From positions 1 through 64,000 of the forward strand of contig JALDZX010000048.1 of the NCBI GenBank assembly GCA_022813865.1: a stretch of 64,000 nucleotides of DNA. The letters run 5' to 3'. This document shows, one piece after another, positions 25,107 through 37,628 of this stretch (the first letter of the stretch is position 1; each line of letters starts with the position of its first letter). The position numbers and the translations under genes are program-made. The stretch comes from Xylographa opegraphella. Lineage: Eukaryota. The notes beneath the pieces are model-generated. The model saw only the letters and a list, made by a program, of their open reading frames with translations. It did not search any database and was not told the origin of the DNA.

Positions 25107-25560
25107 ATAGTGGTGGTTGTTTGGTCTGTGCTCGGAGCAAGAGGTAGAGCTGAGCCTTTGGCACATGCTTCAGTTCAGCATTTATGGAAATGTTTAGCCT
25201 GGTTTGTCAATACGATGCTCTGTGACTCGTGAGTAATAGGGGCGGTTAGCTGGAATCTTGCTTTGTTACCCCGAAGGAAGCGATCAAGTCTTGGCAGTGT
25301 ATGGGATTGCTGGTCGGGGAGCTTAGCGGAACGGAAGCACTCCTGTTGTTTGAATCAGGAACGGCTTGGAAGATTTGATACAGTAAGGTACTTTGTACAA
25401 GTTTCATTAGTTGAACGTAACTAGTAGCAGATATCCTGACAGCTGTAGCCATGCAAGATATCCTAGGTAGCGTGACGTCACATGGGGAGCTGTCGCGTCA
25501 ACCAATATCGTTGCGCGTTTATTCCGCACTTTCCTATAATCGAAGCGAGTATTCACTTCA

Positions 25561-28500
25561 ATGGCTGTGGTAATTGATTTGGAAGGAGACTCGGAGACGT
25601 CGTCGCCGTCTCCGAGGTCCTCGAAGAAAAGGTCGTACGATGAGACTCTTCTTGAGGATGGCGCAATACTGAGTCCCGCGACGATTGCAAGCAAAGATCA
25701 CGGAGCGGGCCTCAGGCACGATGATCTTGTGCGAAAGACTCCAGTAGGTATCGATGCAGTGCAGAACGGTACAGTCGAGAATGGGTTAGTAATCGGTGAT
25801 TCGGCAGAGGAAGAACCTGTTGAAAATGATCTGGCCAACGACCGCGTTTCCGACGTATCTGATCAAGCACTGGGAGACGTGGAGATCAAGAAAACTCTGT
25901 TGGCAGCCCTGCAAAATATCGACGACCATTCTGCCGGCACTTTTGCTGCGTTTGGCACTCTCTCCAGTGCTCCAAATCCAGGTTTGTATATTGAACGTCT
26001 TGGTTCCATCGGCCTACCCCTCACAGCAAGCGATGCACATCGCTTTGTTTCCATCGGTCATCAAGCACCGTTCGGGAAAGGAAGCGAAACAATCGTTGAT
26101 ACCACTGTACGAAGAACGTGGGAATTGAACCCATCGCAGTTTCGCCTGCGCAATCCAGCATGGTCTGAAACAGTAGACGGAATTCTGGTCAAGGCTGCGG
26201 CAGATTTAGGTATCGAAGCAAAGAGTATGCATGCAGAACTCTGTAAATTGCTCTTATATGAGGAAGGGGCGGTTTTCGAAAAGCATACGGAGTGTGTTCC
26301 AACCCAACCTACCACTGAAATGGACTGACTGTTTCGATAGTACCGAGAAAGTACATGGGATACTGGGCACATTGGCGATTGCTCTTCCATCGCCTCACGC
26401 GGGTGGTGCCGTCGAAGCTGTCTTCGGCGGTGAACGAAGACTATTGGAGACAGCCCCAACCTCGGATTTGGATTTTTCGTGGCTGGTATGGTAAGTCCAA
26501 TGTTACCTTGCAACTGAGAATAATGCACGGGCTTAGTTACACTAGGTATGCCGACGTCGAGCATGCTGTCCAAAAAATTACATCTGGTTATCGCCTAGTT
26601 TTGACTTATAATTTGGTCAATCGTGCAACAGGAGAGTCGCGATGTGCGGCCAGCCTGGTAAACGACAAGCAGATGATTGTGGAAGCGTTACGGGACTGGA
26701 ATACTATTCATCAACGATGTCCTCGCTACTGGCCGCTAACATACATGTTAGAGCACAAATACACAGAGGCAAACCTACGGTTTGACCACTTGAAGGATCA
26801 TGACCGTGTCCGGGCACATTGTTTACCAGAGGTGTGCCGGAAACAAGGATTCTCACTCTTTCTAGCAAACTTAGAACGGATCATTTCTGGCACTTGCGAG
26901 GAGAACTACCGAACTCATTATTATGACCCGTCCGAGGAGGAAAGTCGACACCATAACATTGTAGACGAGGAGGAAAGAAGCCTACAACTCAAGACTATAG
27001 TACTGCCTAATGGTAAGATTTTTGCCAGAAATATTACATTCGAAGAAGCAAATATTCTATAAGATACGCCTTTCGGCGACACCCCAGACGATGAACACTA
27101 TGAGGAAGACATGGGCAATGCACGTGCCACTACAACTCACTATTACCGAGAAACATGCCTACTTGTGATGCCAGAGGATTGTCGAGATGTCGTCTTCATA
27201 TCTATGTTGCAAGACGAAGAGAAAACCCAGAGGACATTAAAATCTCTTCTTAATGAAGTTGGGGAAGTCAAAGCCAGAAAGCTGGACGGATCATTTGGAG
27301 AATCTCCACAGCAGTGCCAAAAAAAGCTTGAGAGATTTTGCAATATCATCATTGTCAGTCATCGTCATCTTAACATTTCGGTCTATGAAGCCGTGGTTGA
27401 AGCTGCTTTGTTGCTTGACAGGCCATCACTTTTTGCTGAGTTCGTCAAGGTTAGGGCAGATAGCATTCCCTCTTCTTCTTATGCCAAAATTGGACTTGCG
27501 TTGCCTTTCGCAGTTTCAAAGGCCACGAACTGGCTGGCGAATGCTGCAAATGCAGCGCGAAAATCTCAAAGTGTACAGGAGATGTGGTCTGTACTGTGTG
27601 GAATCGTGTCAGGTGTTGAGATCAGCTTACGTGACACGTCTAAGCGTGCAGGTATAACGCTCGATGCTGTGTATGCTTGGTTGTATTCAGTGCTCGTGGC
27701 TAGGGTGACTTCTTCTGGGCCCTTGGGAAGCGAAGACATACGCGTCCTTGTGGAGGCATCCCATACATATCAACACGGCGAGCGGTTCCTCCTCGAAACA
27801 GTCGTTCCGTACATCAAACGGGAAATATCCGAGAAGCAGTTTGTCGTGGTTTTCCTCCGTGCGGTCCACGGTGCATATAAAGAAGGTCATTTTCGCAAGA
27901 GCCTTGTTGCAGATTTGCACCGTGAACTGTTGAGCTACCTAGGCCCTGACCTCTTCAACTTCGATAGTTCTACCTCTTTGTCAAGGAGAAATAGAAACTA
28001 CACAATATATGGTTATATCCCTATAGAATTAGATTCGTTGCTGACCAATTGTCCCAGGCCAGGTGATTTCGTGGCCCTTCTGGAGCAATGCCTTTCGTTG
28101 GAGCTTGATGATCTCTACGGCTTCATCCTTCAAGAATTCGTTCTCAGGAGCGAGAGTATCCCTCTGGAAGCATTCGACGGTGTCTGGCTTCCCATTCTAC
28201 GCCAATTCTTGCTGATGCTAAACGCGCGCCTTGATGAGATCTCAGCCCCCCATCGTGACAAATACCGTCATATCTTTTCGACCGTCCTCAACAACTACGT
28301 GCGTCGCTTCCTCGGCGTCGCGCCTCCTAAGCCCACTGCATCAATACATGTCCAGCGCGGTTGCGGCTGTGTGGAGTGCCGCGCGGTCGACCTGATTCTT
28401 TCGAGCCCTGGGGAGCAATACGACCGCTTTCCACGCCGAAAGCCGATCCGGGACCATCTCGAGAAGCAATTCGGGCGCTTCTACGAATGTGTCACACAGT

Positions 28501-28913
28501 ACAGTGGCTCGCCTCATACGTTGGTCATTGCTAAAAACGAGGCCGAATACAAGGCCAAGTGCGCTGCCGAGAGCTACGAGAAGAGAGCGGAGGAAGCGCG
28601 AAAGTGGATATCCTACATCGGCTTGCCGGCTCTCAATCGGCTGTTGGGGACTGCCGGCACGGAGCTCGTTGAGTTCGGTTCGGTCAGATATAAGCTTATC
28701 GTTGCTGGGCGTCAGAGAGCGCCGCTCATGGAGATGTCTGCAACGAGATGTCTGCAACGAGATGTCTGCAACGAGATGTCTGGAACGAGATGTCTGCAAC
28801 GAGATGTCTGCAACGAGATGTCTGCAACGAGATGTCTGCAACGAGATGTCTGCAAGGAGATGTCTGCAACGAGATACTGTCGCTCTGTCTCGTCAAGCAC
28901 TGTCGATTCCTAA
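25561..28913 (+). pseudogene. 2OG-Fe(II) oxygenase-domain protein, copy A; introns 26292-26340 and 26491-26545; one in-frame TAA at 27060-27062
   Basis: APFGKGSETIVDTTVRRTWEL, KLLLYEEGAVFEKH-T-D (HxD), GTLAIALPSPHAGG, YADVEHAV...GYRLVLTYNL; C-terminal CGCVEC...GSPHTLVIAK; the frame continues through the TAA. Confidence 0.8.
28731..28875 (+). repeat. 14-bp minisatellite (GAGATGTCTGCAAC) x10 within the 3' end of the 2OG gene copy A
   Basis: Ten units at 28731-28870 with two single-base variants, plus a partial unit. Confidence 0.97.
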
Positions 28914-29835
28914 AGCGGGCGACGGTGCTGCGAGGAATGCTGTTGGAATAGACGAGGATATTCTATGCATCTGGGGACGCTGAACGTGGGGTTGGTAGGC
29001 TGCAGAGCTCATCATGATAAAATACAGCGAACGTTGCTCCAACGCCTCTGGTCGTTTCCGACTCGGCAGATTATTCAGCCACATGGCTTTGCGAGCCCTG
29101 CTAGGGTATCAGCCTTGCTGATGATTGGATACCCGTGCACGGGGAGTTCAAGGGTTCTGGATGAGCTGCGAGTGAATAAGAGAGTCGAGAAAATTACGCC
29201 CCATCAGCTGTGAATGCACAGCACTGAGGCCAAAAGGCTAGTACAGTTGTCAACCTAGGAGCGTACGAAGATCAATACCATAACGAGACAGTTGCGTGGA
29301 GAGTGGACTCGTGACAACGAGCACCGCGTCTCTCTGTCAGACTGTCTGGAGTGGTCGCGAGAGTCTGGTAAGGTATTACAGACAACGTATGTATGTAGTG
29401 CTGAAAAGGAGTCTGAAGCAATGTAAGATGTCTTTGACATATCTTGACACAAGATTGGAAAAGTATGCCGCGTCATATGGACCCATAGCTTCAACGGCTT
29501 ATACAATATATTGTTGTGTACTCCGTTTCACCAGCATGAATAGAAATTTAATTAGCGACAATGATCTGGCAGGGTATTGTAGTGTGACCAAAAACGCTTC
29601 TATGTTTTTGAAATGCTGCCACGAGTGAGGCGAGCAAATGGAAGAAATTCCGCACCCTATGAATCACATATCTGATCATCCATTTTCAACAGTGGACGCA
29701 TATCCTGATTTGATGAACTCTTTGAATTGTAGAATAAACCATATCACAGCTTCTAATCTCCCAACCTCCAAATGCTCCCCGCCCGCACAGTAGAAAGCAT
29801 CGCCGCACTAACCCCACACCTCCCCCCCCCCCGAT

Positions 29836-30236
29836 TTATCTCAATCTCCTAGCTTCACGTTCCGACTCAAGAAGGCACAGAATATCGTCTTCGCGAACTG
29901 TAACGAAAGAGCAATCCATCAGCCGTTCTATCTCCCAGAGAATAACGATATTTAAGTAGCCACAAAGTCACAAAGGCGAGTACGAACCAGGTCCCTTGAC
30001 GTTGCGGATGATACTCCGGGTGGTGTCGTCCATGAACTCGACGCGCACCTGCGTCACACCTCCTCGCGAGCCTAGCTAGCCGTCAGCACCCAGATCTCCA
30101 GATCTCCCGCCCTGCGTGGAAAGCCAACGCTTTCGCAAGCGGATTAGAAGTGGATGAGAGGGGGGGGGAGGTTACCGGTACGGCCGAGAACGCGGGTCAC
30201 TTTCACGAGCTTGACTGGGACTTTGGAAGAATCCAT
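29836..30236 (-). CDS. RPS28: 40S ribosomal protein S28 (eS28), 3 exons
   Basis: [68 protein letters not shown]. Confidence 0.97.
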
Positions 30237-30780
30237 GATGATGGTTTGCGCAAAGAAGATGGAGGGGATTGGGGACGCTTGGAAATGAGTTGATGTGGTC
30301 GTGGAGTCGGTAGAGGTTGCCAGTATCGTTGTGGACTTCGATTCTCGCTTACTTTTCGCGCACAAATCAGTGGGCTTGGCCGAAAAGAGGAAAGTGCTAT
30401 CTTAGTGCGGCGCTAACGATAAGCTTCGTCATAGGGCGACAATTCTTCTCGATTTGCGGGTTTTCAGCAAGTCGTTTGGATAGAGGGCAATTGGGATCTT
30501 TGCAGAACCTGGTTCAACTAAAGTGGAGTAAGGCAGTTACTTGACGTGGTTCATCGCTTGATTACGACTCGATTGCGCTCGAAATACTGTTACCCAAGTG
30601 GGTGGGGAGAGGCTTAGACACCACGTGTTGGAACAACGATGAAATTTTGTAGAACTGCGGGCTAACAAGGACTTCATATTACTTCCAATATATTCTTAAT
30701 GCTTCTAGATAGTCAATTGATTGGCTTGATCTGTCTCTAGAGCGCTAAGCTGTCTGGATATCTGGTTTCATAACCCATCA

Positions 30781-32056
30781 ATGGATCTAGTCAACCAGTA
30801 TGTACGATGAAATCTCCGATCCAGTACCCTCAAATACTTGCTGTAGGTCCCACCATGGCTGACATTGGCAAGTCTAGAAGGTCGTCTTCTCTTCGCGGTT
30901 CCAAAAAGTATGCTTCCATGGGAATTATCGAGCTCAACTTGCAGTCGCTAATACCACCCAACAGAAGGCCGCCTCCAACAAGCGACACTTGACCTCCTCA
31001 GCGGCTCAGACATCCAATTCCGGAGAGAGACCCGTCTCGATATCGCCCTCGTCAAGAACCTCGACATTGCGCTCGTCTTCCTCCCTGCCGCAGACATACC
31101 TACTTTTGTCGGTGAAGGTAGCGTAGACCTGGGAATCACAGGGCGGGATCAGGTCGCCGAGCATGAAGCCACGTCTCCCTCTACCGACCACTCAGGGGTA
31201 GAAGAGGTACTGGACCTTGGCTTTGGGAAGTGCAGCTTGAAGGTGCAAGTGCCAGAAAAGGGATCGATAACGAGTCCGAAAGAGCTCATAGGCAAGAATG
31301 TGGTCACGAGTTTCACAGGGCTCACCAAGCAGTATTTCGCACGGTTAGAAAAAACTGTACAGGAAGAACAAGAGGGTCTTGAAAATGGATATACCAATGT
31401 CAGCAATCCGTCAAAAGCTCACGAAGTGGAGCAGACCAAGATCAAGTTCGTAGGTGGAAGTGTCGAGGCCGCCTGCGCGCTAGGTGTGGCTCATGGTATC
31501 GTGGATCTTGTGGGTCGGTTTTCCTTCATTGGTGCATACGATCGAGCTTGCTGCTGACCATGAGTAGAGTCTGGAGAGACCATGAAAGCGGCCGGCCTTA
31601 AAGACATTGACACCGTGATCACCAGCACAGCCGTACTGATCAAAAACAAAAACTCGAAGAAGCAGGAGATGATTGACCTGATAGCTTCAAGAATAAGGGG
31701 TGTCATTAGTATGCCTTCCATTACACCTGCGTTCTTTCTTCATGTAACTCTCTGCACCCCACCCTGCTTCCCATTTCTCAATATACTTTTACACTGCTTG
31801 TCCGCTAATCGTCCTTCCAGCGGCGCAAAAATACGTCCTTTGCCAGTACAACATCGCCCGCCGCAGCCTCGAGCTTGCAAAGACCATCACACCCGGCAAA
31901 CGCGCGCCCACCATCACCGCGCTGGACGAGCAAGACTGGGTGGCCGTCAGCTCGATGGTGGAGAAGAAGCACGTGGCGAACAAGATGGACGAGCTGACGA
32001 AGATCGGGGCAACGGATATCTTGGTGCTGGACATTGCCAACTCGAGGACGGGCTAG
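30781..32056 (+). CDS. HIS1: ATP phosphoribosyltransferase, 5 exons
   Basis: LEGRLLFAVPKKGRL, FLPAADIPTFVGEGSVDLGITGRDQ, GSVEAACALGVAHGIVDLVESGETMKAAGL, ITPGKRAPTITAL, IGATDILVLDI. Confidence 0.96.
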
Positions 32057-32441
32057 TGCGAGGAGCTGTGTTGGGGTGGAAGGGGGGATAGGGGAAGGTG
32101 GGATTTCGGAAAGAGGGGAATGTAGACTTGGGTCTTGGAATTGGGATCGAGAGAGTGAGATCTAGATAGATCTTGATAGATCCCACGTTATCAAATGAGT
32201 CCCGCGTTCGCATACATCGCAGGTTCGATCGAGTTGGTCCAATTCCTTGCCCGTCCCAACTACCGCATCACGCACCAGCATCCTATCTCGGATACTCTGT
32301 CCGCCGTTATGAAGGTTGCAACGCGATGGGAATCAACAGAGCGTTTCTATTTCTAGTCTATCAGTCTCTTACAAGCCCACACACCCAAGGTCCCTCCAAA
32401 CCCCCACGACCCCGTCCATCTCGCGTCCCCACACAAGTACC

Positions 32442-33680
32442 TCATATCCTCCCCAAATCCACGCCCCCCTTCCCCACCCCCGCTATCTTCCCATCAACCC
32501 CCGGATTCTCCACCACCGCCTCCGTTGCCACCGCCGCCTCCGCCACCGCCCCCGCCTCCCCGACCCTCCTCTCCTCCCGCTCACTAAACCGATCCCCGAA
32601 CAAGCCAAAGAACGGCCTCATGACGATCGTATACTTGACCAATTCCTCCACGCAGTCGACCAGGCGGTCGCGGTTCGCGCTCGACACGAGCCGGCTGCCG
32701 TCGTCGCCGCCCTCGGCCGTGAACTGGGTGTACGCGCGCGGCACGGAGGACTGGTTCGGGATGGCGAACATGCGCATCCACCGGCCCAGCACCCGCAGCG
32801 CGTTCACCGTGTTGAACGACTGCGACCCGCCCGACACCTGCGCCACCGCGAGCGTGCGGCCTTGCGTGGGGCGCACGCTGCCCGTCGAGAGCGGGATCCA
32901 GTCGATTTGGTTCTTGAATACGGCTGTCTGTGGGGGGGGGGGGGCTGCGGTGTTAGTAGCGATATTGGGGACTGGAACTGCGGGGGGGGGGAAGGGGGGA
33001 CGGAACCAGATTGCCGTGCTGCTCGGGCGAGACCCACACGTGGCCGTCGCTCCACTGGCTGAGGTCCCTCAGTTCCTGCACCTTGGCGTGCGAGTGCTGC
33101 GTGTCGTCTTTGACCGGCAGGCCGCTGGGGTCGTACACGCGCACGTCGCAGCCCAGCCGGAACAGGATGCGGGCGGCCTCGAGCGCGAGCAGACGCGAGT
33201 AGGATCTGCATCGGTCGTTGAGCGTCCCGCCCGTTGGCCGGCAGAGAGCCAGCGGACATACCTCTTCCGTAGACTCCCGTACAGCACCAACACCCGCAGT
33301 CTCTGCCCCGTGTTCGCAAAGTCCGCCTCCGCCATCTTCATCACCGTGCTGAGCTCCAGCTTCGCCGTCCAATCATCGGTGGGAGACGGCGCGTCTGGTA
33401 GGAGGAAAGGGCGGTATTTCCTCCTGACCTCTGCATCATCGTCCCGCTCCGCGATGGCGAGCGAACGGCCGGCGTAGGTGGGATCGATCTCGATTTTCTC
33501 GCTCGGCCGCGCGGCGCTGGTGTTGTTGAGATCGCCGATCATGGGCATATTGGGATGGGTGCTGGACGACATTCTCCCGGGGCCTGTTGAGCACGCACGA
33601 GGAGGGATCGGATGGCCGAGATGGCTGCCAGTGAAGCGCCTGCGCAGGTGCAGACGACGACCCACGTGTATGCTGTTCAT
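32442..33680 (-). CDS. arsH: ArsH-like NADPH-dependent FMN reductase, 3 exons (second in-frame ATG at 33572)
   Basis: [87 protein letters not shown]. Confidence 0.93.
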
Positions 33681-34352
33681 GCGGGTCGCGACTGAAACAG
33701 AGATGAGGACGTTGAGGATTTGGCACCGTAAACAAGCTATAAGACAAGATGGTTTCTAGATGTAGGTATATCGCTTCGAGCTGAAAGACATAATTGAGGC
33801 AGTGATGATGTGTGGAAAAAGGAAAGCATGTCACTCGGCTTGTTTGATTGGCTGAACGCGACCCGCTGGAAGACTAAGGTATTTTACTTGCGCTAGTCAG
33901 TTCAAGCCGAAGCTAGGGTGCAGGCTAGGGTTTGATGATGGAAATCACCGCAGCGTTCTCGTAAATCGGCACATAGATGTTTAAGCTGCCGGGACACTTT
34001 ATTCTAAGGGTAGACTACAAACCCCAGAAAAACAAAAGGTATCTAGTGATACGGTCGTAGGGTTTGAACTTGGGAATTTAGTATGTGATTGCAACATTGC
34101 TTACTTTAGTTATATATAGAGGTGGCCGAGGATAAATATCAAGTGCTTACTTCAGTTGTATGTGGAGTTGATAAAGGACAAATATTAGGGAAAGTGTATT
34201 TCCCAGATCCTACATCCGCGAAAGGCCAGCTCGGGCTCAGAGATATGCTACGAAGTACCCTGAAGCTTTGGAAAGTCTCGACTGTCCATGTATCCCAGTA
34301 TAGCAAATAGTCCAGGACAATCATACCCTGATGCAATACACACAACACTCGC

Positions 34353-35489
34353 TCAGCTTGCAGGGCTGCTGCTAGATTCTCCCACTTCATCGGTAGAGGG
34401 CCCGGCGATGTTGTTTATCATTTCTTCCACCACCCCCCGCACAGCCGTGTCGGTTTCCGTATTTAGTTTTCCGAGGTAGAACCTGGCCAAAGACCAGATG
34501 TAGTTGTTGAAATCATTTTGCGGCGGTGGTGGCGAGAGCCGGCAGTGTTGTTCAAGTACTGCCAGATTTAGCAGCAGCCCAAAACAAGGCTGGATCCGGA
34601 GAAACTTACGCGCGACATAAAGCTGATAGAGGGCCGGAGAATTCAGTTTTTGCTCCAGCGGCAAGGCAATCAGCTCGTTCCAATTCGGTACCCTGGGACT
34701 AGGGCCTACGAAGATGCTCTCCTGTGCGCCGAGGCCGACGCCGAGGAAGCCACGGAGGAGGGTGTAGGTCTGGTATTCGACTGTGAGCGGCTCGTAAGAA
34801 TGATAAAACGATTGAAGAAACCTGTTCCACGTAGGGCAATGGTTCCCCTGAAATCGAGTCGGCAAATTGAAAAAGCTGGGACACAGCATCAAAGTGGCTG
34901 TTCCCGCAGGATGGAATGCCACCATGGTTGGGTCTTGGTTACAGATGTCATAATATGAGCTTGTAAAGCCATAGTCGGCGGACATCGTAGGCGTCGCACA
35001 GACAATGGAGCGCGCCGCCGTGCCACCGAATCCTGGTACCGATATTCGAACACTCACGGCACGTGCAAAGAAATTAAGCGGAAGGAGAACATGATGGAAT
35101 TCCCCATCGGCTGGAAAAATTTGCGAAAGTGGTTCGAATGGGATTATTCTCATCTGGTAATGCCAGGGCGCAAAATACCTTTCGATGAACCCAGCCACCA
35201 GGTCGACGGCATCCTCCAGAGATGTCTGCACCTGTGTGTTTTGCGTACCGCAGAAAATACTGTACCTTGAGTTCCCGCCAACATATCCTATAGGAGCAGT
35301 GAACACGCTGTTGGGGGAGGTCTGCGGATCCAAGGAGATGCCGGGAACGCGGACCCGATATAGGCTGGCCCCAGTGCTCTGGGGGGGTCTCGCGCATCCA
35401 ACACAATTCCCGGCCACGGCCACGACAAAGTTCCTCGACAGAGCATAGCAAGCTCCTACGATAACCAAGATTGATTTGCTGAGGTGCAT
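34353..35489 (-). CDS. Secreted protein with degenerate M35/deuterolysin-like features; probable in-frame intron at 34609-34559
   Basis: N-terminal hydrophobic signal; LMLCPSFFNLP...YQTYTLLRGFLG...NSPALYQLYV pattern, with HExxH missing. Confidence 0.6.
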   Translation of the reverse strand: MHLSKSILVIVGACYALSRNFVVAVAGNCVGCARPPQSTGASLYRVRVPGISLDPQTSPNSVFTAPIGYVGGNSRYSIFCGTQNTQVQTSLEDAVDLVAGFIERYFAPWHYQMRIIPFEPLSQIFPADGEFHHVLLPLNFFARAVSVRISVPGFGGTAARSIVCATPTMSADYGFTSSYYDICNQDPTMVAFHPAGTATLMLCPSFFNLPTRFQGNHCPTWNRFLQSFYHSYEPLTVEYQTYTLLRGFLGVGLGAQESIFVGPSPRVPNWNELIALPLEQKLNSPALYQLYVARKFLRIQPCFGLLLNLAVLEQHCRLSPPPPQNDFNNYIWSLARFYLGKLNTETDTAVRGVVEEMINNIAGPSTDEVGESSSSPAS

Positions 35490-35922
35490 GATGAGAGGAA
35501 ACCAGGAATTATCATAGCATAATTGACTTGGCTATGATCGATCATGAATGGTGTGACAAAAGCTGGAGTGGAATCAGAAACATAAAGAGAACACGATCAT
35601 CATTCCGGCTCAACGGCAAAGCAATATCACTACATCGACAACAGATGGAGAAGAGGCCACACTATGCCGATGGCATGCATGATGCACTGTCGCAAGAGCA
35701 GATACAGAGGAACAATCCCCCTGCGTGCTGAGTTCCAGTTGTTGATGTATATTTGTACGCAGTAGTCTTGCCGCGCTTCTGGCTTCCGAGGCACTTGACC
35801 GTTTCAGGACTAGGATAGGAAACGCCCTCGCTTCTTTTCCCTGCAGCCAATCTCCGCTCACGAGCGACATTCCACCTGTTTCCCTTCCACTGAGAACTCG
35901 CACCAGAGTCCTGTTTGCAACA

Positions 35923-36710
35923 ATGTCAGCCGCCGTAAGTTTCCAATCATCAACTCCTTCCCCTCCACTCCTATCACTTACAAGCGACCGCAGAACCTGG
36001 TGCGCATCCGCGACAACCAGCGGCGCTCTCGCGCGCGGCGAAAAGAGCACCTGCAAGACACGGAAAAGCGCCTTCGCGAGCTCGAGCGAGCGGGGATCGA
36101 AGTCTCGTCCGACATCCAGAAGGCGGCGAGGAAGGTGGTGGATGAGAACTGTCAGTTGCGATCGCTACTGCGACTGCGAGGCGTCACGGACGCGGAGATT
36201 GATGAACATCTTCGGCGGAGCGTCAATGGCTCTGAAGAAATCGCTCCGAGTCCGCATCTCCTTGTCACCGGTCACTCAGTCAAGCTGTTGAGCTTTACAA
36301 AGCACACAAGTAATGCCATTACCCCAGTGCCTTCAAGACCGTACGACGTTCTGTCCCAAAAAGCAACCGCCTTCACCCCAATTTCCGGCACAACCGAAGA
36401 GACGCCAAACCATGCCCCGCCACAGCCAGAAACCCCAGCAGCAGACTACAGCGTCGCCATTCGACATATAGACAACTCCAACCCCCCAGAAATCCATCTC
36501 CAGTCCACGACCACGCAGCACCAACAACCCACCGAGCCGATAAGGCCCCCCTCCAAAATCGACAACACGACCTCCTGCCTCCTCGCCGCCAACATCCTCG
36601 CCGGCATGTCCGCCAAGTCGGCGGAGGAAGTCAGCGCCGAGCTGGGCTGCTACCCTGGCACGGACTGCGCAGTGGACAACGTCACGCTCTTCCAGATCAT
36701 GGACCGTTGA
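35923..36710 (+). CDS. Fungal bZIP transcription factor (micro-exon 35923-35934, then exon from about 35985/35994)
   Basis: RIRDNQRRSRARRKEHLQDTEKRL...IQKAARKVVDENCQLRSLL; C-terminal TSC..AA.I...ELGC....C.VDN. Confidence 0.88.
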
Positions 36711-37628
36711 GAGCGCGAGATCTCATTACACAATGGACCGATCTTGATTTTGCTTCGCCCAAAGAATCAGGATGCTTTCTGGTATTCTGCAAAGGACGGG
36801 CCGTGGTGGTGACCTTCAGCCGCTGGATTGGCAGACTTCAATTCATTCCTGGTTGCGTGGAATTCACGGGTGGACGCGGCTCTCACGCCCCCTCTCTCTT
36901 CTCTCCCTCAAACCCCAGGTCCAAAATCCCCCGCCCCGTCTAGCGAACAAAACGCAGACAGTCCACTCCCAGACCACCAAAATACCATACAAACAATGAA
37001 CTTGTACGAATGCCTTCCACAGCTCGTTAGCACGGATCGCACTCTTAGCTCCAAACCGGGCTCAAAGCTCAAAGAAGCAAGCCACTTCGCCCTCTCCCCT
37101 GATCTCAACAGATCAGGACGATGAAAGACATCGAAACCGAGGCACAGAATAGGGGCGGGGGACGGGGGACGGGAGACGGCGACTAGACATCTCTAGGAGA
37201 GGAAGGAGGAAGCGCGGTAGCTTTCGATGGGAGAAGAGGATCGGGAGAATAGGCCCAGGATAGAGCCATACAATTTCTCCACGCAAAGGTGGCAGAGACA
37301 ACACCAGAAGGCGAAAGAGGGATCCGCAAACCTGTAGAGTAACGGTGATGGTGAGACGAGCACGAGGAGAGCCCCAAACAAGGAATCAGTTCACGAATCA
37401 CCAATCCATTGATGCGAAGCGCAGCGAGCTAAACAAGCACTTCTGCACCATAAGCTTCATGCCCTAAACAAATTAGATAAAACAAGATTGGTTCGAGCTA
37501 GCAAAAACAGCCCCGTTGGCCATAGGTAGATAGTCCCCAGAAGCGCCAAAGCTCCAAGTAATGCAGACAGCTGTACATGCACGGTCCCTTCGTTAATCGT
37601 CCATCGTGATCGTCTCGCGTACCGAGAT

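Noticed and set aside
23964..25166. Long antisense ORFs (400 aa here; also 32173-33477 and 55760-56674)
   Set aside because: Shadow ORFs caused by extreme GC3 of the real genes on the opposite strand; low-complexity products.
28731..28875. Repeat arrays here and at 20341-20445 as CRISPR-like
   Set aside because: Contiguous tandem units with no spacers, in a eukaryotic context.
33922..34010. TGATGA box-C-like motifs (also near 45512 and 45672) as C/D snoRNAs
   Set aside because: No suitably placed box D (CTGA), terminal stem or recognisable rRNA guide.
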